DNA of 64,000 nt. Origin: a virus. The stretch is taken from positions 50,542-114,541 of IMG/VR virus record IMGVR_UViG_3300036834_000211. One strand, given 5' to 3'. Under the pieces are notes generated by a model that was not told where the DNA came from, searched no databases, and saw only the letters and a list, made by a program, of their open reading frames with translations. This document shows positions 9,115 through 17,888 of this stretch, in pieces (the first letter of the stretch is position 1; the number at the start of each line of letters is the position of its first letter). The position numbers and the translations under genes were made by a program.

Positions 9115-9684
9115 ATGAACACCCTCGCCCTTTCCACCCCCGACCAGGACGGCACCGGCTGGGACCTGGTCGTCGAGAACGGCACCCTCAAGGTGAACTC
9201 CGGTGGTATCGCACTCGCACAGGATGTGGCAAGCGCCGTCCGCACGTTCCGAGGTGAGTGCTGGTACGACTCGACGCTCGGCGTGCCGTACTTCCAGAAC
9301 ATCCTCGGCCTCCGCGTTAGCCTGCAGTTTCTGAAGCAGGCGCTTGTGACGGCTGGGCTGGTCGTCCCCGACGTGGCCTCGATCAAGTGCTTCCTGACCG
9401 GGCCGGGCTCGGGCCGAGAGATCGGTGGTCAGCTCCAGATCACCAGCTCGAGTGGGCAGGTCTCGGTGGTCGAGACCGGAAACCTGCTCGGCGTCGCGCC
9501 GTGGTGGGTGAGTGCGGTCTCGGGAGACATTGCCGCAACTCCTCCGATGGCCGGTGGAAGCGACTTCGGACCGCCGGACTTCGGACCGCCGGACTTCGTC
9601 CAAGGTGATGCTACTGCAACTCAGACTGTACTCACCGGAGGCGGGGTCCCACTTACGGGAGGGGGTAAGGTATTGACACAATGA
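9115..9684 (+). CDS. Baseplate wedge/sheath initiator (gp25-like) with C-terminal extension
   Basis: WDLVV...LAQDVASAVRTFRGECWYDSTLGVPYFQNILG; extension contains a 15-bp tandem repeat (9562-9597, DFGPPDFGPPDF). Confidence 0.8.
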   Translation: MNTLALSTPDQDGTGWDLVVENGTLKVNSGGIALAQDVASAVRTFRGECWYDSTLGVPYFQNILGLRVSLQFLKQALVTAGLVVPDVASIKCFLTGPGSGREIGGQLQITSSSGQVSVVETGNLLGVAPWWVSAVSGDIAATPPMAGGSDFGPPDFGPPDFVQGDATATQTVLTGGGVPLTGGGKVLTQ

Positions 9685-11396
9685 GGATCATCCTGCGCAT
9701 CCTCGCCGCGTTCCTGGGTGCCGTCGCGGCTAGTCACTTGGCCCACTCGCAGCAGCAGGAGATAGAGGCGTACGTGTACGGCCAGTCCCAGGCGACTCAG
9801 CCGTACTCATCGGGTCTACTCATCCCGGCAATCCCCAACCCCAATCGATTCTCCCTGCTCAGCATTCCGGCGAATGCCTTCCTGTACACCAGTGGCGTGC
9901 CCAACGCTCCCTTCCTGAGCGGATCTGGTGGCGGCTTCCAGGGATTAACGGGATCTGCGGCGACGGCCCTACTCTCCCCCTGTACCTCGACGGTCCAAGG
10001 GGTCGTCCCCACCCCGCCGAACGATGCCACCAAGTTCCTAAATGGGAAGTGCTCGTTCGCTTCCTCCGGCTCCGTAAGTCCGGACGTCATGGGCGCCCCG
10101 CACAACGGGACGTCCGACGACTCGTCAGGCTTCAGCGCAGCGCTGGCGACCGGTATTCCGGTTCAGATGGTGTGCAACGGTACTCCCTACAAGCTGACGA
10201 GTAACGTCATCATAGCCACCCCGGCGCACCTGATGGGCTGCGGGACGATCCTGGGGTCCCCGATCAATCTATCCGGTGCGTCCGCGGGAATAACCATAAC
10301 GTCGAGCGGAGTGATCGTCGAGAACGTCCACGAGGTCGGCGATCGCACTACTGGGCAAGTCGGCATAAAACTGACCGGCGGCAGCCGAGACCTCGTCCGC
10401 AATGTCCAAGTCGAGTTGGCCGACATCTGCTTCCAGCAGGGCGTGGGGGCCGGAGTAATCAACAACTGGGAGCACATCTATGGCAGGAACTGCAAGAGCA
10501 TCTTCGCGACCTTCCAGGACGGTATAGGACCGATCATCGACGAGGCACTTTACGACACCGACGTGGGCTCATACGCGGATCCCCAGGGTATAGTAGTCGA
10601 GACGGAGGGTGTATTCATGACCAGGGCCGACATCCTGGACACCACGTACCCGCTCATAATACAGTGCAACGGGGCTCACCACGCGAACGGTCCGATATGG
10701 GGGGAGTACGGGCTCAACTTCTTCGACATCTCACAGCAAGGGGTCTTGATCACCAACCAGTCCGGTGGGGGATGTTCCGTGAGGGGAGAGCACTTCCACG
10801 GGACGTGGTTTGCCACCTCCACGAACAATGGTCTGACTGTCACTACCGACTCGCTGAGCAGCATCCAGACCGTGCTGTGCGACGGGTGCCAGATTCACAA
10901 TAATGGGGCCCATGGCGTCAGTCTATCGGGTAACTCCAACGACATCATCTTCAACGGCTCCATAATCTCCGGGAACGGGAGCGCGAGCGGCAGCGCCTAC
11001 GACAACGTCAAGATAGCCACCACCGCCCCGCTGGACACCATCGTGTTCAACGGTGGTATAATTGGTAGGGCGGAGGGCGAGACCGCGCTTCCCAAGTACA
11101 ACTTGGAGATAACGACTCCGTCGTACGTCCGGATAACCGGGACGTACTTCGATGTGGGTGGGGTGACAACCGCGAACATCGTGAACCCCGGAGGTGCCAA
11201 CATACAGACGGACGGTCTCTCCGGATTCGAGACTACGGCATCGACGCTCGGTCCCTGCACAACTGGCAACGCCGGGAACAGGACGTCGATATCCGACGCG
11301 ACGTCGGGGACGTTCGGAGCCCCCGTGGGAAGTGGGGGCTCCCACCACGTACTGGCATACTGCGACGTATCGGTATCTGGTTGGGTAGTCCATTAG
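9681..11396 (+). CDS. Beta-helix tailspike/depolymerase-like protein with signal peptide
   Basis: MRIILRILAAFLGAVAASHLAHS|Q; GAPHNGTSDDSSGFSAAL pectate-lyase-like entry motif followed by beta-helix-like repeats. Confidence 0.75.
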   Translation: MRIILRILAAFLGAVAASHLAHSQQQEIEAYVYGQSQATQPYSSGLLIPAIPNPNRFSLLSIPANAFLYTSGVPNAPFLSGSGGGFQGLTGSAATALLSPCTSTVQGVVPTPPNDATKFLNGKCSFASSGSVSPDVMGAPHNGTSDDSSGFSAALATGIPVQMVCNGTPYKLTSNVIIATPAHLMGCGTILGSPINLSGASAGITITSSGVIVENVHEVGDRTTGQVGIKLTGGSRDLVRNVQVELADICFQQGVGAGVINNWEHIYGRNCKSIFATFQDGIGPIIDEALYDTDVGSYADPQGIVVETEGVFMTRADILDTTYPLIIQCNGAHHANGPIWGEYGLNFFDISQQGVLITNQSGGGCSVRGEHFHGTWFATSTNNGLTVTTDSLSSIQTVLCDGCQIHNNGAHGVSLSGNSNDIIFNGSIISGNGSASGSAYDNVKIATTAPLDTIVFNGGIIGRAEGETALPKYNLEITTPSYVRITGTYFDVGGVTTANIVNPGGANIQTDGLSGFETTASTLGPCTTGNAGNRTSISDATSGTFGAPVGSGGSHHVLAYCDVSVSGWVVH

Positions 11397-11407
11397 TCGT
11401 GGCTTTC

Positions 11408-12688
11408 ATGGTTAGACTCCTCAAGTACTTCTGCACCATTGTCGTACTCGCCACTGCCACACAGGTGCAGGCTCAGACTATTAAGACGCAGTCGGCGCTG
11501 ATAACCGAGTGGCAGCCCTGCTCTGTGCTCGGTCAGCCAAGCGCGTGCCACGGCAGCTCGACGCAGATTCAGGACATCATTCAGTCGGTGGCTCCCTGGG
11601 CGTGGACGCTCAGTCCGAGCGGGCCGATCCCGTCGGCTCTGCTCTCCCCCTGCACTACGACGGTCCAGGGGGCCGTACCAGCGCCGCCGAACGATGCCAC
11701 CAAGTACCTCAACGGACAGTGTCAGTGGTCGGGGTTGGCGATTGAAGCTCCTAACTACACGAATCCGTCTGGAGGATTGAATGGAGGATTTCGGGTTGAA
11801 AATATCGCTACTCTAGCACCGAGTAACCCTGGGGTAAACAATGCGATTAGCATCTCGGCGTTCATCGATAATCTGAATGGCCGTGGGTCGGGGGGTACAT
11901 TGGCAAACCCTCAGCTCATCGAAGCGATAAATCCGCTCTGCAATCAGTTCGCTGTCGCCCAAGGAGGGTCGGTATCGGACGTACAGTGCGTCGAGAGTGA
12001 TGTACTTCAGAGCTTCGCGCCAACTAATGTCGATGAGCCGTTCAATGCGAACTCTCCGACAGTTTTTGCCTACTCGGCGACCGCCGAACGCAATACTACA
12101 GGAGCGACGCCACAGCGGCCAAATGGCGCCTACATGGTGGTATCGGCCAACACTGCGAACACCAACGATTGGTTTGCTTATGGACTTGTCCTCAGCCGAG
12201 TACAATATGAAGGGATTAGGATCGAGGATTTCCCACTCGACACGCTCCACGGCTTCACTCATGCAGCCATCTCCGATTATAGCAACTCTGCGCGAGTGCT
12301 GAATATTAAGGGCACGCACGCGACTGCCATTGTCGACATGAGTGGGGAGGTTGGCATACCAAATTTCATCCTAGGACCCTCTAGCGTAAGTGCGAATTTC
12401 GTGGTGGCGAATAGCGCAAATTTTAACACCGAGTGGAGTGTGGACTCCGGTGGTACCGCCGCGGAGTTCTCAATAATGGGATGGCGCGACCGCGGCGCAG
12501 AAGAGTATCAAATACTGAAGAACGCGTCCAACAACTTGCAATTTGTCGACTTTGTCCACACTGTGACGTTTATGAATTATGTACAATCGACGCAAGTATT
12601 GGAGATATCCCACATCCCCACCTCGTGCTCCGGACACCCGTCTGGGACTGAGTGGAATAATGCTGGAGTGGTGAATATCTGTCCATGA
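11408..12688 (+). CDS. Fibre/appendage-like protein with signal peptide
   Basis: MVRLLKYFCTIVVLATATQVQA|Q; shares LLSPCT.TVQG.VP.PPNDATK.LNG.C with the 9681 protein; lower GC. Confidence 0.7.
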   Translation: MVRLLKYFCTIVVLATATQVQAQTIKTQSALITEWQPCSVLGQPSACHGSSTQIQDIIQSVAPWAWTLSPSGPIPSALLSPCTTTVQGAVPAPPNDATKYLNGQCQWSGLAIEAPNYTNPSGGLNGGFRVENIATLAPSNPGVNNAISISAFIDNLNGRGSGGTLANPQLIEAINPLCNQFAVAQGGSVSDVQCVESDVLQSFAPTNVDEPFNANSPTVFAYSATAERNTTGATPQRPNGAYMVVSANTANTNDWFAYGLVLSRVQYEGIRIEDFPLDTLHGFTHAAISDYSNSARVLNIKGTHATAIVDMSGEVGIPNFILGPSSVSANFVVANSANFNTEWSVDSGGTAAEFSIMGWRDRGAEEYQILKNASNNLQFVDFVHTVTFMNYVQSTQVLEISHIPTSCSGHPSGTEWNNAGVVNICP

Positions 12689-14121
12689 GCGACGGCTTCG
12701 TCACCGCCGTCCCCCAGCCGACCTTCGGTCCGAGGGGGGTCGTCCTCCCGACCGAAGACGCGGCGCTCGCCGGCGTCCAGGTCGACATCAATGCTGCACT
12801 CGGCGGGGGCATCAACCCGCAGCTGACGAATCCGACGGGACAGATTGCGGTCACCGAGACCGCGGTCATCGGCGACAGCTGGGCGCAGCTTGCGTGGTTC
12901 TTCTCTCAGATAGATCCGGCGCTCAACTCCGGTCGCGGTCAGGACGCGATCGGCCGCATCTACTTCCAGGACCGGATCTCGGCGCAGCCGACCGTCCAGC
13001 CGTGCACCTGCGTCGGCCTTAACACCACGCCGATCGGCGTCGGCTCCCAGGCGCGGGATCCCAACACGGGCCTGATCTGGCTCTGTACGCAGGCCGGCGA
13101 GATCGGGGTGTCCGGATCGGTCACGCTGGAGTTCTCCTGCGGGACGAGCGGCCCGATCGCCGCCCCGGCGAGCTTGAACATCTACCAGCAGATCTACGGG
13201 TGGGAGAGCGTCACACCGAGTGGACCGGCAGTGCTCGGGAACCTCGTCGAAACCCCCACCCAGTACGAGCTCAGGCGGCAGCTCTCGGTCGCAGCCAACG
13301 CCATTCAGATACTTGACGCGATTCAGGGGACGGTGCTCGCGCTCCCCGGCGTCCTCGACTGCTACTGCCTCGAGAACAATCTGCCCACGGTTGCGGTCGT
13401 CGGGGGTGTCACGATCGGACCAAACTCGATCTACGTCGCCGTCCTGGGTGGGAGTCAGACGGCCATCGCCGCCGCAATTTACTCGAAGAAGGGACCGGGC
13501 TGCGGCTACAACGGCAATACCTTCACGACGGTCCCGGACCCAAATCCCGCCTACAACGCGCCGCCACCGCAGTACAGCGTTGGGTACACGGTTCCGACGA
13601 TCGTTGCGTTCGTCGTACTCGTCACCCTGAGCAACAACCCGGGCGTACCGTCGAACGCGCTGGCGCTGATCCAGCAGTCAATCATCAACGCCTTCAACGG
13701 TCTTGACAACGGGCCTCGCGCTAAGATAGGCTCGCGCGTGCTCGCCAGTCGGTACTACGGTGGCGTGGCGTCCCTCGGGTCGTGGGCTCAGATCGTCGGC
13801 ATCGACCTCGGCGTGCTCGGCAACGGGGCCTCATTCACCGGGTCGATATCCGGCACCACCCTGACGGTGTCGACGGTCGCTGGCGGGACCCTGGCAGCCG
13901 GCCAGATCATCCAGGACGCTGGGGTCGTGTCGATGGGGACGTTGATCCAGTCTCAGTTGCCCGGTGGCACGCCGGGGGGCGTGGGGACGTACCAGGTTAG
14001 CATATCTCAGACCGTGACCCCCGAGTTGATGACGACGACCACCCTCGTGGACTCCACGACGATGAACATCAACCAGGTCCCGGCCGTGTCCGCTCTAAAC
14101 ATAAATTTAATATTGGTATAA
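12685..14121 (+). CDS. Baseplate J-like protein with C-terminal extra domain
   Basis: GRGQDAIGRIYF, ELRRQLSVAANA, SIYVAVLGG, KKGPGCGYNGNT motifs; added FTGSISGTTLTV...GGVGTYQVS domain. Confidence 0.85.
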   Translation: MSDGFVTAVPQPTFGPRGVVLPTEDAALAGVQVDINAALGGGINPQLTNPTGQIAVTETAVIGDSWAQLAWFFSQIDPALNSGRGQDAIGRIYFQDRISAQPTVQPCTCVGLNTTPIGVGSQARDPNTGLIWLCTQAGEIGVSGSVTLEFSCGTSGPIAAPASLNIYQQIYGWESVTPSGPAVLGNLVETPTQYELRRQLSVAANAIQILDAIQGTVLALPGVLDCYCLENNLPTVAVVGGVTIGPNSIYVAVLGGSQTAIAAAIYSKKGPGCGYNGNTFTTVPDPNPAYNAPPPQYSVGYTVPTIVAFVVLVTLSNNPGVPSNALALIQQSIINAFNGLDNGPRAKIGSRVLASRYYGGVASLGSWAQIVGIDLGVLGNGASFTGSISGTTLTVSTVAGGTLAAGQIIQDAGVVSMGTLIQSQLPGGTPGGVGTYQVSISQTVTPELMTTTTLVDSTTMNINQVPAVSALNINLILV

Positions 14122-14122
14122 T
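14114..14122 (+). promoter_or_regulatory. Extended -10 promoter element (TGgTATAAT) in an AT-rich patch
   Basis: Sequence tggtataat ~30 nt upstream of ORF 14153. Confidence 0.45.
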
Positions 14123-14152
14123 TATACGAAGAATGATAGATAGGAAAGTGGA

Positions 14153-14488
14153 ATGTCCAAGCTGTCAGAAGTAATATTGAAATCCGGTCAACTGCGCACC
14201 TACCTGAGTGAGGAAGAGCGAGCCATCCTGGGACTATACGGTGCGGCCTACAAGGTGGTATTCGAGCGATTGAATCCAGACGGCTGCGGTACGGCCGAGT
14301 GGCCCGCGCTCTGTTCGACGGCGGAGGTCCTCCGCAAGTGGGCCGAGACCCAGGAGCCGCAGCTCCGCGAGGTCTACGAGCGGGCGATCGACGACAACGT
14401 GGAGCGTGCCCTCGGGCGGGTAGAGAACATGCGCCGGGCATTCCGCATGAACGAGGTCTATCCAGACCTCCCAAAACCTCCAGTATGA
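14153..14488 (+). CDS. Hypothetical non-structural protein
   Basis: 111-aa charged helical ORF with purine-rich RBS. Confidence 0.65.
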   Translation: MSKLSEVILKSGQLRTYLSEEERAILGLYGAAYKVVFERLNPDGCGTAEWPALCSTAEVLRKWAETQEPQLREVYERAIDDNVERALGRVENMRRAFRMNEVYPDLPKPPV

Positions 14489-14492
14489 GGCG

Positions 14493-14657
14493 ATGAACGA
14501 ATCCACTTGGAATAGGACGATCGCGCAGCGCGCGCTGTCTATGGGTCGCAGTGCGAGCCGTCACATTAGTTGGCATGATGGCTTCGTAGTTGGCGTGTGG
14601 ACGGGAGCTCTAGGAGTAGCGATTTTTATCGTTATCGCCAAGTTGCTTCTTGGATGA
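14493..14657 (+). CDS. Small membrane protein (54 aa)
   Basis: Hand-translated: MNESTW...GFVVGVWTGALGVAIFIVIAKLLLG; GAGG RBS; TGA overlaps the next ATG (ATGA). Confidence 0.55.
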   Translation: MNESTWNRTIAQRALSMGRSASRHISWHDGFVVGVWTGALGVAIFIVIAKLLLG

Positions 14658-15337
14658 AGAACTGGCGGCAGACGGTCCAGTCGGAGTACGCCAGTAGCCC
14701 GCGCCTGATGTCGCTGCTGACCGCGATCGAGGCGTGGCTGTCGCCGGACGCCAACTACGAGAACTTCTACCAGCTAGTCTGGAACGTCGACCAGGCCGCC
14801 GCAAACGACTCCACCTACGGCCTCGACGTGTGGGGTAGGATCGTCAACATTCCCAGGACCGTGACGATCGCCGGCGGTGCCCCGACGTTCGGCTTCGGCG
14901 AGGCCGGCGACAGGGTCGGCTTTGGTCAGGGCCCGTTCTACGAGGCGTCCATCGGGGTCACCGAGAACTTCGTGCTCGCCAACTCGGTCTACTACCAGCT
15001 CATCCTGGCGAAGGCAGCGTACAACATTACGAACGGTTCGACGCAGGCGATAAACGCCCTATTGATGAACCTGTTCGTCGCCCGCGGTAACTGCTGGGTG
15101 ACCGACGGTCGCAACGTCCCTGGATCAACGTCGTTCGGCTTCGGCGAGGCTGGCGACCGGGTGGGCTTCGGCCAGGGGCCGTTCGGAGATCTGATCTACT
15201 CCACGCTGCCGGAAAACATGACGCTGACCTACGTGTTCACATTCCCGCTCGCGCCGTTCGAGAAGGCAATCGTCACATCTGGCGTTCTGCCCAAGCCAAC
15301 CGGCGTGCTGGCAACCTGGGCATTCCTCGGGGGTTAG
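14654..15337 (+). CDS. Baseplate wedge protein (DUF2612-like)
   Basis: SEYASSPRL, YGLDVWGRIVNI, LILAKAAYNI, LPKPTGV motifs; duplicated FGFGEAGDRVGFGQGPF. Confidence 0.85.
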   Translation: MKNWRQTVQSEYASSPRLMSLLTAIEAWLSPDANYENFYQLVWNVDQAAANDSTYGLDVWGRIVNIPRTVTIAGGAPTFGFGEAGDRVGFGQGPFYEASIGVTENFVLANSVYYQLILAKAAYNITNGSTQAINALLMNLFVARGNCWVTDGRNVPGSTSFGFGEAGDRVGFGQGPFGDLIYSTLPENMTLTYVFTFPLAPFEKAIVTSGVLPKPTGVLATWAFLGG

Positions 15338-15343
15338 ACAAAA

Positions 15344-16045
15344 GTGCAGCTCAGCCAAATCCCGACCAAGTTCCCGGCCGTCTGGGCACACGGCGCCGTC
15401 GCTCCGTACATCAACACGATCCCGGCGCCCTCCCAGCAGAGCGTCAGGAGCGGCGCGGCGAGTCTCTTCGACGGCTTCCCGCCGTTGTGCTTCGTGCCGA
15501 TCGCGACCGGTGGTGCCGGGCCGTTTGGTGGGGATACCAACGGCATCCTCAACCAGATAACCGGTGGCCTGCAGTGGCAGCAGGCCGGAGCCCCGTTCAC
15601 ATTCGACCCCGCGTGGGCCGCAGCTGTCGGTGGGTACCCGCTGGGCTCGCTGATCCCGTCGGACTCGACCCCTGGGCAGTTTTGGTACAGCACGGTCGAC
15701 AACAACTCGGCCGACCCGGACACGGGCGGTGCCAACTGGCTGTCGTTCGCGATGCTGCTGGGCGGTACGACGAACGCACAGATCATCCAGACGGGACGCT
15801 CCCCCGCGATCAACCTGTCGGGTGGGGTCGGGCAGGTCACGACTCCATTCCCGAACGCCTTTCCTCACGCCTGCCTCGGAGTGATCGGCTGGGCCGATGG
15901 TATTGACCCGTTCGTAGTGGGTTCCGCGGTGGTCTTCGCAGGCAACACCTACACAGCCTCCAACTTCAACCTACTGGCGGCTACCCCAGCACAGCCCACC
16001 AGTACTGCGACGGTGCACGCCATCTTCGTAGCGGTAGGATACTAA
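15344..16045 (+). CDS. Tail fibre protein (short)
   Basis: GAASLFDGFPP...GGYPLG...STVDNNSADPD N-terminal anchor; FPNAFPHAC...AVGY C-terminal gp53-like motif. Confidence 0.8.
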   Translation: MQLSQIPTKFPAVWAHGAVAPYINTIPAPSQQSVRSGAASLFDGFPPLCFVPIATGGAGPFGGDTNGILNQITGGLQWQQAGAPFTFDPAWAAAVGGYPLGSLIPSDSTPGQFWYSTVDNNSADPDTGGANWLSFAMLLGGTTNAQIIQTGRSPAINLSGGVGQVTTPFPNAFPHACLGVIGWADGIDPFVVGSAVVFAGNTYTASNFNLLAATPAQPTSTATVHAIFVAVGY

Positions 16046-16047
16046 CG

Positions 16048-16584
16048 ATGACCCAGTACGCGTACTTCGACCCGACCAAGCCCGACCCCAAGCCGGTACT
16101 CGGCTGGTACGACACGACGTGGGCACACTACCCGAACCTACCCGACGCGTCGAACCTCCTGGGGATGTCTCAGCAACAGTGGGCGGCGCGCCTGGGGGGC
16201 CTCTGGGCGGTGCAGGGTGGTACGCTCGTCCCCTACTCCCCACCGGTGCCGGCTCCATCACTCGCGCAGCAGGCGGCGACGATGCTGGCCGGTGGCCTGA
16301 TGGTATCTAGCTCGGGCGACGGTGCCCTCAACGCGACCTATCCCTGCGACTCACTCACTCAGCAGCACGTGTCCGCCGAGATCGTCAGCCTACTGCTGAA
16401 CGGAACGTTCACTGACGGTGCGACGACGATCTCCTGGCTCGACGCAGCGGGGAATGCCCACGCGCTCTCGATCGATCAGTACAAGTCCTTGGCGACCGCG
16501 CTTGCGGCGTTCGTGACGAGCTGCGTGAGGTGTATCAGCGGCCAGTCGACGACCCTCCCCTCGAACCAGGCGACGATCCAGTGA
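16048..16584 (+). CDS. Tail fibre assembly protein (DUF4376-like)
   Basis: Directly follows the fibre gene; PVLGWYDT, ATYPCD, WLDAAG motifs. Confidence 0.7.
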   Translation: MTQYAYFDPTKPDPKPVLGWYDTTWAHYPNLPDASNLLGMSQQQWAARLGGLWAVQGGTLVPYSPPVPAPSLAQQAATMLAGGLMVSSSGDGALNATYPCDSLTQQHVSAEIVSLLLNGTFTDGATTISWLDAAGNAHALSIDQYKSLATALAAFVTSCVRCISGQSTTLPSNQATIQ

Positions 16585-17492
16585 CGATCGTCCTGCGCGA
16601 TCCAGCCGGGGAGGACGCCAGCTTCGCGATCAACGCGGCGCTCCAGCAGGCTGCCGTGCTCGGCGGCAGCGAGGTCGTACTCTCGGCGGGGCGCTATCTG
16701 GTGCCGGCGACGTCCAGCATCAGGTGGCCGGCGAACGCCAACGGCGTTAGCCTGATCGGCGAGGGCCCTCTGGCCTCGGTGATCCAGGCCAAGGGAGGCA
16801 GGTACTCCGACCTGCTCGACCTGACCACCGGGAACCTGGCCCACGTCAGGATTGCGGGGGTCGGGATCTCGGCCCTCGGCGTCATCGGCTCCGGGGCGAT
16901 GATCCACGCGGCCAACTGCTACGACCTGCTGATCGACCGCGTGCGGCTGGACGGGCCGTTTAATGACGGCATCGTGATCGACGGCGGACAGAACCAGTAC
17001 CTCACTACGATCACTTGCGTCACGATGCCGGGGGACCCTCGCTCCTACCGCTGCCTGGTCATCGGAGAGAGCGGATACCCGCAGGATACGTACATCAACC
17101 TGTGCAAGTTCGCCGCGACTCAGTACGGGATATGGGTGCAGAACGCCGGAGGCGTCTACCCGTCCTCAACGGAGACTCTCGGCCACGTCCAGCACGGGTT
17201 CATCACCTACCCCGGCGGCGGGCAAAATGTCGACTGGGTCCAGGCGACCCAACTCCTCGCCGACTCGTGCGGGGGAACTGGGATCTACCTCGGATCGGGC
17301 GGGGGAGCCGTCCGCGGCGTCTCGCTCTCGAACTCGTGGTCGTCGTCCAACACCAACGGGGTCGAGATTGCACCGGAGTGCGACGACGTCTGCTTCGACG
17401 CCACGACCCGCTTCCTCGCTAACCGCAACCGGTCGGTGATCGACTACGGCGGGACCAACGTCAGGATCTCGGCCTGGATGGACAGGCCCTAG
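16581..17492 (+). CDS. Pectate-lyase-like beta-helix protein
   Basis: GTG at 16581; DASFAINAAL...EVVLSAGRYLV...VSLIGEG motif. Confidence 0.75.
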   Translation: MTIVLRDPAGEDASFAINAALQQAAVLGGSEVVLSAGRYLVPATSSIRWPANANGVSLIGEGPLASVIQAKGGRYSDLLDLTTGNLAHVRIAGVGISALGVIGSGAMIHAANCYDLLIDRVRLDGPFNDGIVIDGGQNQYLTTITCVTMPGDPRSYRCLVIGESGYPQDTYINLCKFAATQYGIWVQNAGGVYPSSTETLGHVQHGFITYPGGGQNVDWVQATQLLADSCGGTGIYLGSGGGAVRGVSLSNSWSSSNTNGVEIAPECDDVCFDATTRFLANRNRSVIDYGGTNVRISAWMDRP

Positions 17493-17815
17493 TGGACCGG
17501 ATTACCACCATTCGGTTGAGAAGGCTGGGATGGTGGTGGCTGAGACTGGCCGTTAGCTAGCTCGGCCTGCTGCTTGTTGATGCCATCGACGTATTCTTTA
17601 ATCCACTTGTCCTTCGCCGTGACTTGCTCCTGTAGCACCGCCAGTTGGCCCTCGGTCTGCCCCAGCTTGAACAGTAGCTGGGCGGTGCCTATGTGCTGCT
17701 GCGCCTCCGCTGAAAGCGTACTCTGCTGAAGCGTGACCTCCGGGGCGGTCTGGGCATTGGCCGACCACGCGATGAGCGTGCCGACGCCGGCTGCTAGGAT
17801 CCTGTCGCGCATCAT
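17489..17815 (-). CDS. Small exported coiled-coil protein
   Basis: Signal peptide ending WSANA|Q; strong GAGGAG RBS. Confidence 0.7.
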   Translation of the reverse strand: MMRDRILAAGVGTLIAWSANAQTAPEVTLQQSTLSAEAQQHIGTAQLLFKLGQTEGQLAVLQEQVTAKDKWIKEYVDGINKQQAELANGQSQPPPSQPSQPNGGNPVH

Positions 17816-17847
17816 TTCAAACTCCTCCTCACTTCCTGATGTAAAAT

Positions 17848-17874
17848 GAGCCCCTGCCTCGGGGCTCTTTTTTT
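17848..17874 (+). terminator. Rho-independent terminator (possibly bidirectional)
   Basis: GAGCCCC-TGCCTC-GGGGCTC followed by T7; the opposite strand has ATTTT after the stem. Confidence 0.75.
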
Positions 17875-17888
17875 GACATACCCAAGCA

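Noticed and set aside
14107-14121. CtrA-box-like TTAA-N7-ATAA
   Set aside because: Single imperfect match in an AT-rich patch; not distinguishable from chance.
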